Source: an uncultured Chloroflexia bacterium (GTDB lineage: Bacteria > Chloroflexota > Limnocylindria > Limnocylindrales > CSP1-4). From it: 64,000 bases of DNA. Where the stretch lies: the NCBI GenBank assembly GCA_963713795.1, contig CAVQNC010000007.1, forward strand, positions 130,863-194,862. Direction: 5' to 3'. The translations under genes were made by a program, and so were the position numbers. Below are positions 9,331 through 18,613 of this stretch, piece after piece; the first letter of the stretch is position 1; every line of letters begins with the position of its first letter. Under the pieces are notes generated by a model. That model searched no databases. It was not told the DNA's origin and saw only the letters and a program-made list of their open reading frames with translations.

Positions 9331-12015
9331 TCAGGCGTCCATCGGCTCGCCGAGCACCTGCGCCTCTGACGCCGGTTGCCGATCGAGGGTCTTGCGGACT
9401 CTGGTCAGCAGCTCTTCCGTGGAGAAGGGTTTGCGCAGGTAGGCGGCGGCGTCGCCGCCACCGGCGCCGGCGGGCGCGCCCCGATCCGAGTAGCCGGAAG
9501 CGTAGATCGTGGGCAGGCCGGGATACGTCTGGCCCAGTCTTTCCGCCAGCTCCCTGCCGCCCATGCCCGGCATCACGACGTCGGTCAGCAGCAGGTCCAG
9601 GGTCGCCATCTCCTTTGCCAGGAGCAGCGCCTCGTCGCCGTTACGCGCCGCCGTGACCTGGTACCCCGCGGCGCTGAGCACTCGCTCGACGAAGCCGCGG
9701 ACGGCATCCTCGTCCTCGGCCACGAGAACGGTCTCGTTGCCACCTGCCGGCACCGCCGCGCCGGGCCGCACCCCAGCTGGCTCGATGGTTTCGCTGGACC
9801 GCGGCAGCAGGACGGTGAATCGGCTGCCCACGTTCGGTTCGCTTTCGACGACGACGGATCCTCCGCTCTGCTGGACGATGCCGATCACTGTCGACAGCCC
9901 CAGGCCGGTGCCCTTGCCCAGTTCCTTGGTCGTGAAGAACGGCTCGAAGGCGTGCTCCATCACGGACGCCGACATGCCGATGCCAGTGTCCAGGACCGTC
10001 AGCGAGATGTGCGGACCCTCCGACGCCCCAACGTGCCTTCGCACGAAGGCGCGATCCAGATCGACGTTGGCCGTGGAGATCGTCAGAGTGCCCCCCGACG
10101 GCATCGCGTCGCGCGCGTTGACCGCGAGATTGAGGACCACCTGCTCGAGCTGGGCACTGTCGGCACTGGCCAGCCCCAGATCCGGATCGAGCTGGACGAC
10201 CAGGTTGACGTCCTCGCCCAGCAATCGGACCAGCATGGGAGTCAGCCCGTTCAGCACTTCGTTGACGTCGATCAGCCGGACTTGCATCACCTGGCGGCGG
10301 CTGAAAGCCAGGAGCGATCTCGTCAGGCTGGCGGCCCTGTTCGCGGCCCGAATTATCTCGTCGACATCGGCGGCCACGTCGGCGGCGACCGGATCCGACC
10401 TCGCCAGCTCGGCCGACGCCAGCTCTCCGAACCCGCCGATGGCCGTGAGGATGTTGTTGAAGTCGTGGGCGATCCCACCGGCCAGCCGGCCCACCGCCTC
10501 CATCCTCTGCGCCTGCGCGAGTTCGAGCTCCAGGGCCCTCTCGCGGGATACGTCGCGGCCGACCACGACTGAACCGACGATCGCTCCGGCGGCGTCTCGC
10601 AGCGGCGCGATGGCGGCGTCCAGCTCGACCGTCGTGCCGTCACGCCGGTGCTGGTTCAGCCTGCCTTCCCAGGCCTCCCCTTGACCGATGGCGGTCGATA
10701 TCTCGGCCAGCCGCACGGGATCGACGACTTCGCGCAGGAAGGACGGCCGCGCGCCCACGACATCCTCGCCCTTGTAGCCCGTGATCCTCGTGAAGGCCGG
10801 GTTGACGTACGTGACCGCGCCGGTTCGATCGGTGGTAAGGATCGCCTCGCCCGCCTGGTCGACGGCCGTGGCCAGGCGCTCCCGCTCGGCCGAGGCGAGG
10901 GCGGAGTTCTGCCGGGCGGTAACTCCCAGCCGGGCCACCAGGAGGGCGATGAGCAGCCCCGTCGCCGGTATGTGCTGGCGGAGGGCGTCGAAGTCGTTCC
11001 AGTCATGTATCGCTGGAGCCAGGACTGCGACCGCGACGACCGCGTATGGGAACCACGGAAAGGAGCGGGCGTATTCCGTCAGGCCCCTCGCGGGCCGCCT
11101 GTCCTCCCTGTTGAGCCACTGGAGCTGGACGGCCAGGGCCAGGCCGAACCAGGCCAGCGAATCGAATACGCCGGGGAGCCCACCGGGCGCGTAGCCGCCA
11201 TTGAGCGTCTCGACCCCGGTGATCATGTCGCCGACGAAGGCGAACAGGAGGGCTGCGGCGGCGACCGTCAGGGCCGAGCGGCTGCTGTCGCGCAGGCCCC
11301 GCAGGACGATCGCGCCGATCATGTAGACCAGCATCACGTCGGCGACGGGGAAGACGGCCTCGTTGAAGGCTGCGCCAAGATCGCGCCCGCCGCTTTCCGA
11401 GGCTGGAAAGATGAAGAAGTGCCAGATCAGAATCGCCGCGCTCCAGGTGACGATGGCCACGTCGAGGCTGAACAGCGAGATGTCGTAGCTGGTTCGATCC
11501 GACTTCAGCAGGAGCGCCAGGGCAACCGCGACCATCAGATATGCGGCGATCTCGAGTCCCAGCCCGATCAGCCAGAAGGCGTCGAACGACGGCACCGTTC
11601 CCGCCGCGAAGTGGAACAGCACCCCGGCCCCGTAGACCACCAGGGCCAGGCCGAGGATCGACCAAGCCGTTCGAGCGCGGGCGTCCGGGCGGGTCGCGAC
11701 TCCCAGTCGGACCGCTCCAGCCGCGGCGATCGCACCGGCGGGGACCGTCGGGAGGATTGTCAGGCGGCTGCTGAGAGCGGTACCTCCGAACCCCGTGAAC
11801 CACCACAGCGACAGGCCGGCGATGACGAGGCCGAGCAGGCCGAGCCCCCAGGCCAGCGGGTCACGGATGGAGGCCGCCAGGGAGGCCGCCGTCCTGGTTG
11901 ACCTGGCCGGCGCGGGCGAGCGGATATCGGGGCCCAGACCCGCGTCACCTTCAGTTCGCCCCGAGTCCGTAGCCGCTCTGAAGCTGGGTTCTTGTTGCCC
12001 GCTCATACGCCCCAC
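9331..12015 (-). CDS. Hybrid sensor histidine kinase: multi-TM sensor domain - PAS - HisKA - HATPase_c - C-terminal receiver
   Basis: ~8 predicted TM helices; HisKA H-box GGIAHDFNNILTAI; ATPase N/G boxes (LNLAVNARDAM, DTGIGM, GTGLGLS); REC domain (VLVAEDEDAVR...DLLLTDVVMPGMGG); start GTG 12015 or ATG 12006. Confidence 0.85.
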   Translation of the reverse strand: MGRMSGQQEPSFRAATDSGRTEGDAGLGPDIRSPAPARSTRTAASLAASIRDPLAWGLGLLGLVIAGLSLWWFTGFGGTALSSRLTILPTVPAGAIAAAGAVRLGVATRPDARARTAWSILGLALVVYGAGVLFHFAAGTVPSFDAFWLIGLGLEIAAYLMVAVALALLLKSDRTSYDISLFSLDVAIVTWSAAILIWHFFIFPASESGGRDLGAAFNEAVFPVADVMLVYMIGAIVLRGLRDSSRSALTVAAAALLFAFVGDMITGVETLNGGYAPGGLPGVFDSLAWFGLALAVQLQWLNREDRRPARGLTEYARSFPWFPYAVVAVAVLAPAIHDWNDFDALRQHIPATGLLIALLVARLGVTARQNSALASAERERLATAVDQAGEAILTTDRTGAVTYVNPAFTRITGYKGEDVVGARPSFLREVVDPVRLAEISTAIGQGEAWEGRLNQHRRDGTTVELDAAIAPLRDAAGAIVGSVVVGRDVSRERALELELAQAQRMEAVGRLAGGIAHDFNNILTAIGGFGELASAELARSDPVAADVAADVDEIIRAANRAASLTRSLLAFSRRQVMQVRLIDVNEVLNGLTPMLVRLLGEDVNLVVQLDPDLGLASADSAQLEQVVLNLAVNARDAMPSGGTLTISTANVDLDRAFVRRHVGASEGPHISLTVLDTGIGMSASVMEHAFEPFFTTKELGKGTGLGLSTVIGIVQQSGGSVVVESEPNVGSRFTVLLPRSSETIEPAGVRPGAAVPAGGNETVLVAEDEDAVRGFVERVLSAAGYQVTAARNGDEALLLAKEMATLDLLLTDVVMPGMGGRELAERLGQTYPGLPTIYASGYSDRGAPAGAGGGDAAAYLRKPFSTEELLTRVRKTLDRQPASEAQVLGEPMDA

Positions 12016-12126
12016 TCGGCCAGTACCCCCAGATCGGGTGATAGTAGCCCGACGGTTGCTCCGCCGTGGCGACCGGGAACGGACAGGCCCCGTCGTCGAC
12101 GACTGCCGCCGGCCCGGTCGGCCGGC

Positions 12127-14898
12127 TCAGGCTGCGTTCGCGTCCGGCGCCGCCGCCAGGTCTGGGAGTCGATCGGCCGGCACCGGCGGGCTGACCAGGT
12201 AGCCCTGGCCGAGCTCGCAGCCCATCCCGAGGAGGGCGTCGAGTTGCGACTGCTGCTCGATGCCCTCGGCCACGACCTCGAGCTGCAGGCTGCGGGCCAG
12301 CGACACGATGGCCTGGGAGAGGGCCTCGTCCCGCGGACCGTTGGTGATCACGTCAACGAACGGCTTGGCGATCTTGAGAACGTCGATCGGCAATCGCTTG
12401 AGGTAGCTGAGCGAGGAGTATCCGGTCCCGAAATCGTCGATCGAGATCCTCACGCCCAGGGTCTTGAGCTGCCTGAGCAGATCGGCCACGATCGCGCTGT
12501 CGTCGACCAGGACGGCCTCCGTGATCTCGAGGTTGAGCCGGTCGGCCGCCAGGCCCGATTCGGACAGTGCGTGCGCGATCGTTTCGACCAGGTCGGCCTC
12601 GCGCAGCTGGCGCGGCGAGATGTTCACCGCGATCGAGAGACCGGCTGCCGCGCCCCCGTCGTGGTCCCAGGCGGCGACCTGGGCGCAGGCGCGGTCCAGG
12701 ACAATTCGGCCCATGGGCACGATCAGGCCGGTCTCCTCCGCCGCGCCGATGAAGTCCGCCGGAGCCAGGAGCCCGCGGCTCGGATGACGCCAGCGCACCA
12801 GGGCCTCGACTCCCACCATCCGGCGCGTGTTCGTCGCCCACACGGGCTGGTAGAAGACCTCGAACTCGTCCCGCTCAACGGCCCGGCGCAGATCGGCCTC
12901 CAGCGTCAGGCGGTCCTGCACCTCCTTGTACATGCTCGGATCGAAGGTCTCGGTCCGCCGTTTGCCCTTGGCTTTGGCAACGTACATGGCCACGTCGGCG
13001 TTGCGCAGCAGTTCCTCCGCGTCCACGTCCGCGCCCCGCCCGACGGCGATGCCGATGCTGGCCGACGCGAAGGCCTGGAGCCCGTCGATCTCGAACGGCT
13101 CGCCCAGCGAATCCGCGACCCGGCCGGCCAGGTCGGCGGCTTCATCCGCGCTTGCGAGGTCCTCGAGCAGCACGGCGAACTCGTCGCCGCCGACGCGACT
13201 CACGGTGTCGCCGTTTCGGAGCACCGAGGCGATGCGCTCCGCGACCGCGACGAGCAGCCGATCCCCGACGCTGTGGCCGTGCCCATCGTTTATCTGCTTG
13301 AAGTCGTCAAGGTCGAGGAAGAGAACGGCCACGACCCCGCGCCGCCGACGTGTCCGGACCAGGGCGTGCTCGACCCGGTCGGCGAGCAGGGACCGGTTGG
13401 CCAGACCGGTGAGGGGATCGTGCAGGGCCTGGAAGGTGAGCTGGCGCTCGAGCGCCTTGCGGTCGCCGATGTCCCGCGCCGTCAGCACCAGGCCGGCTAC
13501 TTCGGGCACGCCGAGCATGTTCGAGGCCACGATCTCGGTTTCGCAGTAGGAGCCGTCGGCTCGCCGCAGGCGCCACTCCGCTCGCCGCGTCGCGCCCTGC
13601 ACCGCGGCTACCTCGGCCATGATCGCCAGGCTCATGGCGGCGTCTTCGGGGTGAAGGAGTTCGGTCAGCGGGAAGTGCTCGAGCGAGTCCGGTACTCGAC
13701 CCAGGACTCGCGCCGCCGAGGGCGTGATGTACCGGATACGCGAGTCGGAGTCGGTCACCATGACCAGGTCCGAGCCGTTCTGCACCAGCGCGTGGAAGCG
13801 GGCCTCGGTCCGTCGCGCGGCTCCCGATGCGACGAGTGCCGCGTTCTCACGGGCAGTCGCGCCGAGCCGCAGGAGCACCAGCATGATCAGGAGACCGCTG
13901 GCCGGTATGTGCTCCTCGAGTGCTCCGAGGTTGCCCCAGGATCCGATCGCGGGAACCACGAACGCCACCGAGATCGCCGCGTACGGCAGCCAGCTGAAAG
14001 AGGGGATTCGCCCTTCCGATTGGTCTTCGTCGGCGCTTCGATCGCGCACGAGGACGACCGAGATAACCGCGATGACGGTCCAGAACCAGGCCTGGAATAG
14101 ACCGGCCAGACTCGCCGTTGATGGCGAGGGCGTAAGTGCCTGGATCGCCAGGCTGAGACTGGATGCGAAGACGAAGACGAAGGCGAGGACGAGGAGTTGC
14201 TTGACCGGCAGGCTGACCCCGGGCACCGGGATTCTGGTGGCTGCTATCGCGAGGAAGATCAGGGCGAGGTCCGCGGCGGGATGGATCGTCACGAAGATGA
14301 GGCGAAGAGCGTCGGCCCCGGCGGCGTAGCCGACAGGATCCAGGATGAGGTGCAAAAGGAGCATCCCCGATGAAAGGCCGACGATCAAGACATCGAGTCC
14401 GAATAGGACGAGATCCGTCCCGGTGGGCTTGACTCGTGGGAGCAGCAGTATCGCTGCGACCAAGAACGGTGGCAGGCCAAGCCCGGCGACGAACAGGAAG
14501 TCCCCGGGGACTCCACCCGTCGGGGCAGCTATAGAGTTCGGGATGGCGAGCTCCACCAGCCAGTACATGGCGGCCGCGACAACGACCAGCCAGGCCATCC
14601 ATCGGTCGAGACCTGGGAACACTCGCCCGCCGGCGACCCCTGCCGCGAACATGCCCACGACCGTCGCTCCGGTGAAGGTCCCCGGCCCACCCACGGCCGC
14701 GGCAACGGGCAGCGCGCCGAGTCTGAGGATCTGCCTGAGGGTGCAGGCGGAGACAAATGCGACGAGGATCGCCGTGAGCCAGGCGGTGTGATCGCGGACG
14801 AGGGGCGGCACCGCTGATCGTTGGGTTGCGCTCGTTTCGGCAGACAACTCGTCCCTCAGGCTGGCCGACCGCTGCCCTGTGCGGCGCGGACACGGCAT
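12127..14898 (-). CDS. Membrane-anchored PAS-GGDEF-EAL protein (c-di-GMP synthase/phosphodiesterase), N-terminal sensor module paralogous to adjacent kinase
   Basis: GGDEF intact (VGGDEFAVLLE), EAL intact (GVEALVRWRHP, DDFGTGYSS, EGIE); N-terminal multi-TM domain aligns with the kinase N-terminus (FSWLPYAAISVAFVVPAIGSW...HIPASGLLIMLVLLRLGATARENAAL vs FPWFPYAVVAVAVLAPAIHDW...HIPATGLLIALLVARLGVTARQNSAL); start taken as ATG at 14898, upstream part of the long ORF rejected because it overlaps the divergent enolase gene. Confidence 0.8.
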   Translation of the reverse strand: MPCPRRTGQRSASLRDELSAETSATQRSAVPPLVRDHTAWLTAILVAFVSACTLRQILRLGALPVAAAVGGPGTFTGATVVGMFAAGVAGGRVFPGLDRWMAWLVVVAAAMYWLVELAIPNSIAAPTGGVPGDFLFVAGLGLPPFLVAAILLLPRVKPTGTDLVLFGLDVLIVGLSSGMLLLHLILDPVGYAAGADALRLIFVTIHPAADLALIFLAIAATRIPVPGVSLPVKQLLVLAFVFVFASSLSLAIQALTPSPSTASLAGLFQAWFWTVIAVISVVLVRDRSADEDQSEGRIPSFSWLPYAAISVAFVVPAIGSWGNLGALEEHIPASGLLIMLVLLRLGATARENAALVASGAARRTEARFHALVQNGSDLVMVTDSDSRIRYITPSAARVLGRVPDSLEHFPLTELLHPEDAAMSLAIMAEVAAVQGATRRAEWRLRRADGSYCETEIVASNMLGVPEVAGLVLTARDIGDRKALERQLTFQALHDPLTGLANRSLLADRVEHALVRTRRRRGVVAVLFLDLDDFKQINDGHGHSVGDRLLVAVAERIASVLRNGDTVSRVGGDEFAVLLEDLASADEAADLAGRVADSLGEPFEIDGLQAFASASIGIAVGRGADVDAEELLRNADVAMYVAKAKGKRRTETFDPSMYKEVQDRLTLEADLRRAVERDEFEVFYQPVWATNTRRMVGVEALVRWRHPSRGLLAPADFIGAAEETGLIVPMGRIVLDRACAQVAAWDHDGGAAAGLSIAVNISPRQLREADLVETIAHALSESGLAADRLNLEITEAVLVDDSAIVADLLRQLKTLGVRISIDDFGTGYSSLSYLKRLPIDVLKIAKPFVDVITNGPRDEALSQAIVSLARSLQLEVVAEGIEQQSQLDALLGMGCELGQGYLVSPPVPADRLPDLAAAPDANAA

Positions 14899-15057
14899 CC
14901 GAGCGTCATATCGCAGCGGGTGTAGTGGATGTCGGTCGGCAGTGTCCGCGCTTGAGCCGGCCTGGGCTGGGGACCATTGCCGCGTGCCACGTGCGCCGAC
15001 GATCGAGGCCGGATCGCATCGTTCCGGAGGGCCGCCGTTCCTCGCCGTTGAGCTAAC

Positions 15058-16380
15058 GTGTGCCACATGGAGCGAGATGATGCTCGGGCTTCGAGCCCCA
15101 AAGATCGGCGAGCGTCTTCGGAACCAGCCGGGCTGCCCCGCCTGGTGTCCGTGGAGGCGATTCATGTTCGAGTTCCGTTCCGGCGCCCGCTGCTGGACGC
15201 AACCGGCGAGTTCACGCACAGGCACTCCTGGCTCCTGCGCGTCGTGGACGAGGATCGGTACGAAGGGCTCGGTGAAGCCGTGCTCAACCCGGTCACGACC
15301 GACGTCGCGGCCGGTTCGCTCGCGTCGCTGATCCGCGAGATCGTGCCGGCGCTCGCCGCGGGCAGGCCGCCGGCCTGGGCCGAACTGGCAGCCGAGGGCG
15401 AGCCCGGCCGGGCCGCCATGGCGGGTCTCGACGGAGCGGTCGGTGCGCTGCTGGCCGCCCGAAGGGTCCCCGGCCGGCCGGCCGGTGGGGCGGCCTCGGG
15501 ACCTGCCGATCGAGCGCCGGTGACCCTGCCGGGTCGGGCTTCCGGCCGCGCCGGCGCCTCGCCCTCGATTCCGGTGAGCGCCGCCATCGCCTTCGCGGGT
15601 CCCGGTGCCGGAGCCGACGCGGCCGCCCAGGCGGTCGAGCTGGGGTTCGAGACTCTCAAGCTCCGGGCGGGTTTCGAGCGCACGACCGACCAGCTCGTCG
15701 ATCGGCTGCGGGCCATTCGGGGGGCGGTCGGCTCCGAGCCCCGCCTGCGTATCGACGCCGCCGGCGCCTGGGATCTCGAGACCGCCGCCGAGCGCATCGC
15801 CGCCGTGGCGCCGTTCCGGGTCGAGTACGTCGAGCAACCGCTCCCGGCCTGGGACCTGGCCGGCCACGCCGCGCTGCGCGAGCGGATCCGCGTCCCGATC
15901 GCCCTCGACGAGAGCGTCGACTCCGAGGGGTCGGCCCGCGCGGCCCTGGCGGAAGGCGCGGCGGACGTGATCGTCGTGAAGCCCGCCCGAGTCGGTGGGC
16001 TGGCGGCGACGTTGCGCCTGTGCGACGCCGCCGCCGCTGCCGGAGCCTCGGCCGTCCTGGGCACCTACTTCGAAACCGGCGTCGGCATCGCAGCGGTGCT
16101 CAGGATCGCGGCGGCCATCGGGGAGGCCTCGACCGGCACCGTCAGGGGCTCGGGCCGGGGAGGGGAGCGGGGCGGCGCCGGTTCGTCAGCCGGGCGGGCC
16201 GTCGAGGAGGCCGGCTTCGAGCCGGCCCACGGCCTGGCCACTGCGGGCATCCTCGTCCACGACCTCCTGTCCGTGCCGCTGCCCATCGAGAGGGGCCGAA
16301 TGGCCGTCCCGGCCGCCGTCGCGCTCGACGAACCCGAGGTCGCCCGCTACACCCTAGAGCGCTTCGAAGCTCGGCCGTAG
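15058..16380 (+). CDS. Enolase-superfamily enzyme (MR/MLE subgroup: o-succinylbenzoate synthase / dipeptide epimerase-like) with Gly/Ala/Ser-rich C-terminal extension
   Basis: Metal-ligand pattern RIDAAGAWD / EYVEQP / IALDES, KPxxxGG strand, TYFETGVG; expected KxK motif reads K-L-R (FETLKLRAG); start uncertain (ATG 15058/15067 or GTG ~15145). Confidence 0.7.
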   Translation: MCHMERDDARASSPKDRRASSEPAGLPRLVSVEAIHVRVPFRRPLLDATGEFTHRHSWLLRVVDEDRYEGLGEAVLNPVTTDVAAGSLASLIREIVPALAAGRPPAWAELAAEGEPGRAAMAGLDGAVGALLAARRVPGRPAGGAASGPADRAPVTLPGRASGRAGASPSIPVSAAIAFAGPGAGADAAAQAVELGFETLKLRAGFERTTDQLVDRLRAIRGAVGSEPRLRIDAAGAWDLETAAERIAAVAPFRVEYVEQPLPAWDLAGHAALRERIRVPIALDESVDSEGSARAALAEGAADVIVVKPARVGGLAATLRLCDAAAAAGASAVLGTYFETGVGIAAVLRIAAAIGEASTGTVRGSGRGGERGGAGSSAGRAVEEAGFEPAHGLATAGILVHDLLSVPLPIERGRMAVPAAVALDEPEVARYTLERFEARP

Positions 16381-16450
16381 CCCGGGAGTCCTGCGACACG
16401 GCGGCTCTGGCGGCCGGGCCCAACCCGCCGGATGGGCGCATCATTAGGGC

Positions 16451-17522
16451 CATGAGAACGCCTCACGATTCGCCAGACGAATCCTCATCCAACGTGCTGG
16501 ACTGCGTCATCGTCGGCGGCGGCGCCGCCGGCCTCTCGGCGGCCGTCAACATGGGTCGCATGCGGCGCAGCGTCCTTCTCGTCGACGAGCGCGACCGCTT
16601 CCTGTGGCATCACGTCGCCTACAACGTCCTGGGATTCCCCGACGGGATAGCCGCGTCGGAGCTGCGCCGGCTCGGCTGGCGCCACGCCGCTAGGTATGGG
16701 GCGCGGCTGCTGCTGGGCCACGTCGCCACGGCCGGTCGAGACGGCGGCATGTTCCGGCTCCGGATCGACAGGCTGCCGGCGGGCGGCGCCTGGGGGCATG
16801 GTCCCGGCCCCGGAATCCCGCGCGACGCCGAGATGGCCCAGGTTTTCGAAGAGGTTCCGGACGCCGGCCCGATCGAGGTTTTGGCCCGTACGTTGATCCT
16901 GGCCACCGGCGTAGCCGGGCACTTCCCTGAGTTTCCGGGCCGGAACGAGTGCGTGGGCCTAAGCCTCTTCTGGTGTCTCCATTGCGAGGGCTACGAGTCG
17001 ATCGGCCGGGTCGTGGGCGTCGTCGGCCACGACGAATCGGCCGTTCAGACCGCCCTGGACCTGCTCGTCTTCACCGATCGCGTGACCCTCGTGGCCGGGC
17101 GGCCGGAGGGCTTCGAAGTTGCCGCTTCGCGGCTGGCCGATCTCGCCGGAAGGGGGATCGCCGCACACCCGTGGGGCGTGGCCGAATACGAGAACCGGGA
17201 CGGCCGGATGCTGGCGCTCGTCCTGGACGATCCAGGTCGAACGCGCATCCCCGTCGAGCAGGTCTACACCATTCGCTCGACCTCGCCGGTCGGCGATCTC
17301 GCCCGCCAGCTCGGCCTCGAGCTGACGGCTGGCGGCCAGATCGTCGTGGATCCGGAGCAGCACACCAGCGTGCCGGGAGTTTACGCGGCCGGGGACGCGA
17401 CCAGCCTGCACGACCACCAGTTGAGCGCCGCCATGCACGAGGGCAACCAGGCCGCCTGCGGAGCCAACTACCATCTCTACGACCCGGCTCAGCAGGGGCC
17501 CACCGGCGACGGGGAGTGCTGA
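16451..17522 (+). CDS. FAD/NAD(P)-dependent pyridine nucleotide-disulfide oxidoreductase (thioredoxin reductase-like, CLHC redox motif)
   Basis: DCVIVGGGAAGLSAA FAD GxGxxG, second dinucleotide site VGVVGHDESA, C-x2-C (WCLHCEGY), C-terminal GVYAAGD FAD motif. Confidence 0.7.
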
Positions 17523-17580
17523 TGGACTGGGACCTCCCAAGGAAGAGCCGGGGCTCAGCTTCGGCCCGGCCGAATCAAGG

Positions 17581-18489
17581 TCACTGGACCGCCAGCGGGC
17601 AGATCGCGACGAAGTCGCACCAGCCGCAGGCCCGCGCCCCTGGAGTCGGGGAGAAGCCGCTGTTCTGGATCTCGCGGGCGCGGGCGGCCAGCCGGGACCG
17701 CACGCCGTCCAGTTCCGCGTCGGTCCGGTCGGCGTGGCAGCGCAGGCCGTGCTCGACGAAGTCCAGGGTCACGCGTTCCGGCCGGCCCAGGCCCAGCCCA
17801 TCGCGGCAGCCCAGCGCGTAGATCGACAGCTGAAGGCTCGACTCCGCATCCCGCGGCGAACCGGCGCGCCCCGTCTTGTAGTCGATCAGTTCGACGCCGC
17901 CGGAAGCAAGGCGGTCGATCCGGTCGATGTAGCCGGTGATGACGACGGCCGCCTCCGGATCCGGCCCGGGATCCGGCCGGAGATCCAGTCGGAAGCGAAC
18001 CTCTTCGCCGATCGTCTCGGCCGGATCGGCCGACTCGGCCGCCCAGAAGCGGTCCAGCATGCGCTCGGCGCGGGCCCGCCATGCCCCCGCGTCGGATTCG
18101 GCGGGCAGGGAGCTGCTGGCCCACGCCGCCTCAAAGAAGCGCTCCAGATCTGCCCGATCCGGTGGCTCTTCCTCGTGGGCCAGCCTCTCGCGCCGTGCGC
18201 GCGTGAACTTCTCGAATGCCGCGTGCGCCGCGGACCCGAAATCCGCCGCCGGTCTGGGCCGCTCGGCCTGCAGGCGGCAGAGGTACCGAAGGGCGTACTG
18301 GCGCGGGCACCGATCGAAGGCGTCGAGGGTGCTGTAGCTGAACCATACCGGCCGCTCGACGAAATCGAAAGGCGACCCCCCGGCGATCACGTAGGCGGCG
18401 ATGACCTTCGGGTCCTGATCGGCCGACCGTTCGGCCTCAACGGTCCCGGCTTCACCTGTCGCCCTCGCAACCCCCAGCGCGTTCGTCAT
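17581..18489 (-). CDS. PD-(D/E)XK nuclease superfamily protein, Cas4/RecB-nuclease-like with 4-Cys cluster
   Basis: Motifs DxxD...ELIDYK (GYIDRIDRL...VELIDYKTG), QxxxY (QLSIYAL), N-terminal Cys (DRCPRQY) plus C-terminal CGWCDFVAIC; start set at ATG MTNALGV (18489) rather than ORF-track start. Confidence 0.65.
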   Translation of the reverse strand: MTNALGVARATGEAGTVEAERSADQDPKVIAAYVIAGGSPFDFVERPVWFSYSTLDAFDRCPRQYALRYLCRLQAERPRPAADFGSAAHAAFEKFTRARRERLAHEEEPPDRADLERFFEAAWASSSLPAESDAGAWRARAERMLDRFWAAESADPAETIGEEVRFRLDLRPDPGPDPEAAVVITGYIDRIDRLASGGVELIDYKTGRAGSPRDAESSLQLSIYALGCRDGLGLGRPERVTLDFVEHGLRCHADRTDAELDGVRSRLAARAREIQNSGFSPTPGARACGWCDFVAICPLAVQ

Positions 18490-18613
18490 GCCCGGAGTCT
18501 GAGCCGTCGTCGTGTCAGGTTGTGTGTCACGCCCGCTGAGATTCGGTCGCGCCGCGAACGTGGCATTCTGGTGCCGCAAGCGGCCGCATCGGCGGCGGCG
18601 AGAGGAGGTTCGG

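Noticed and set aside
12016-15867. N-terminal 320-aa extension of the GGDEF-EAL ORF (track start 15867)
   Set aside because: The extension is low-complexity Arg/Gly-rich and overlaps the divergent enolase-family gene. The first TM-domain ATG at 14898 gives a sensible start.
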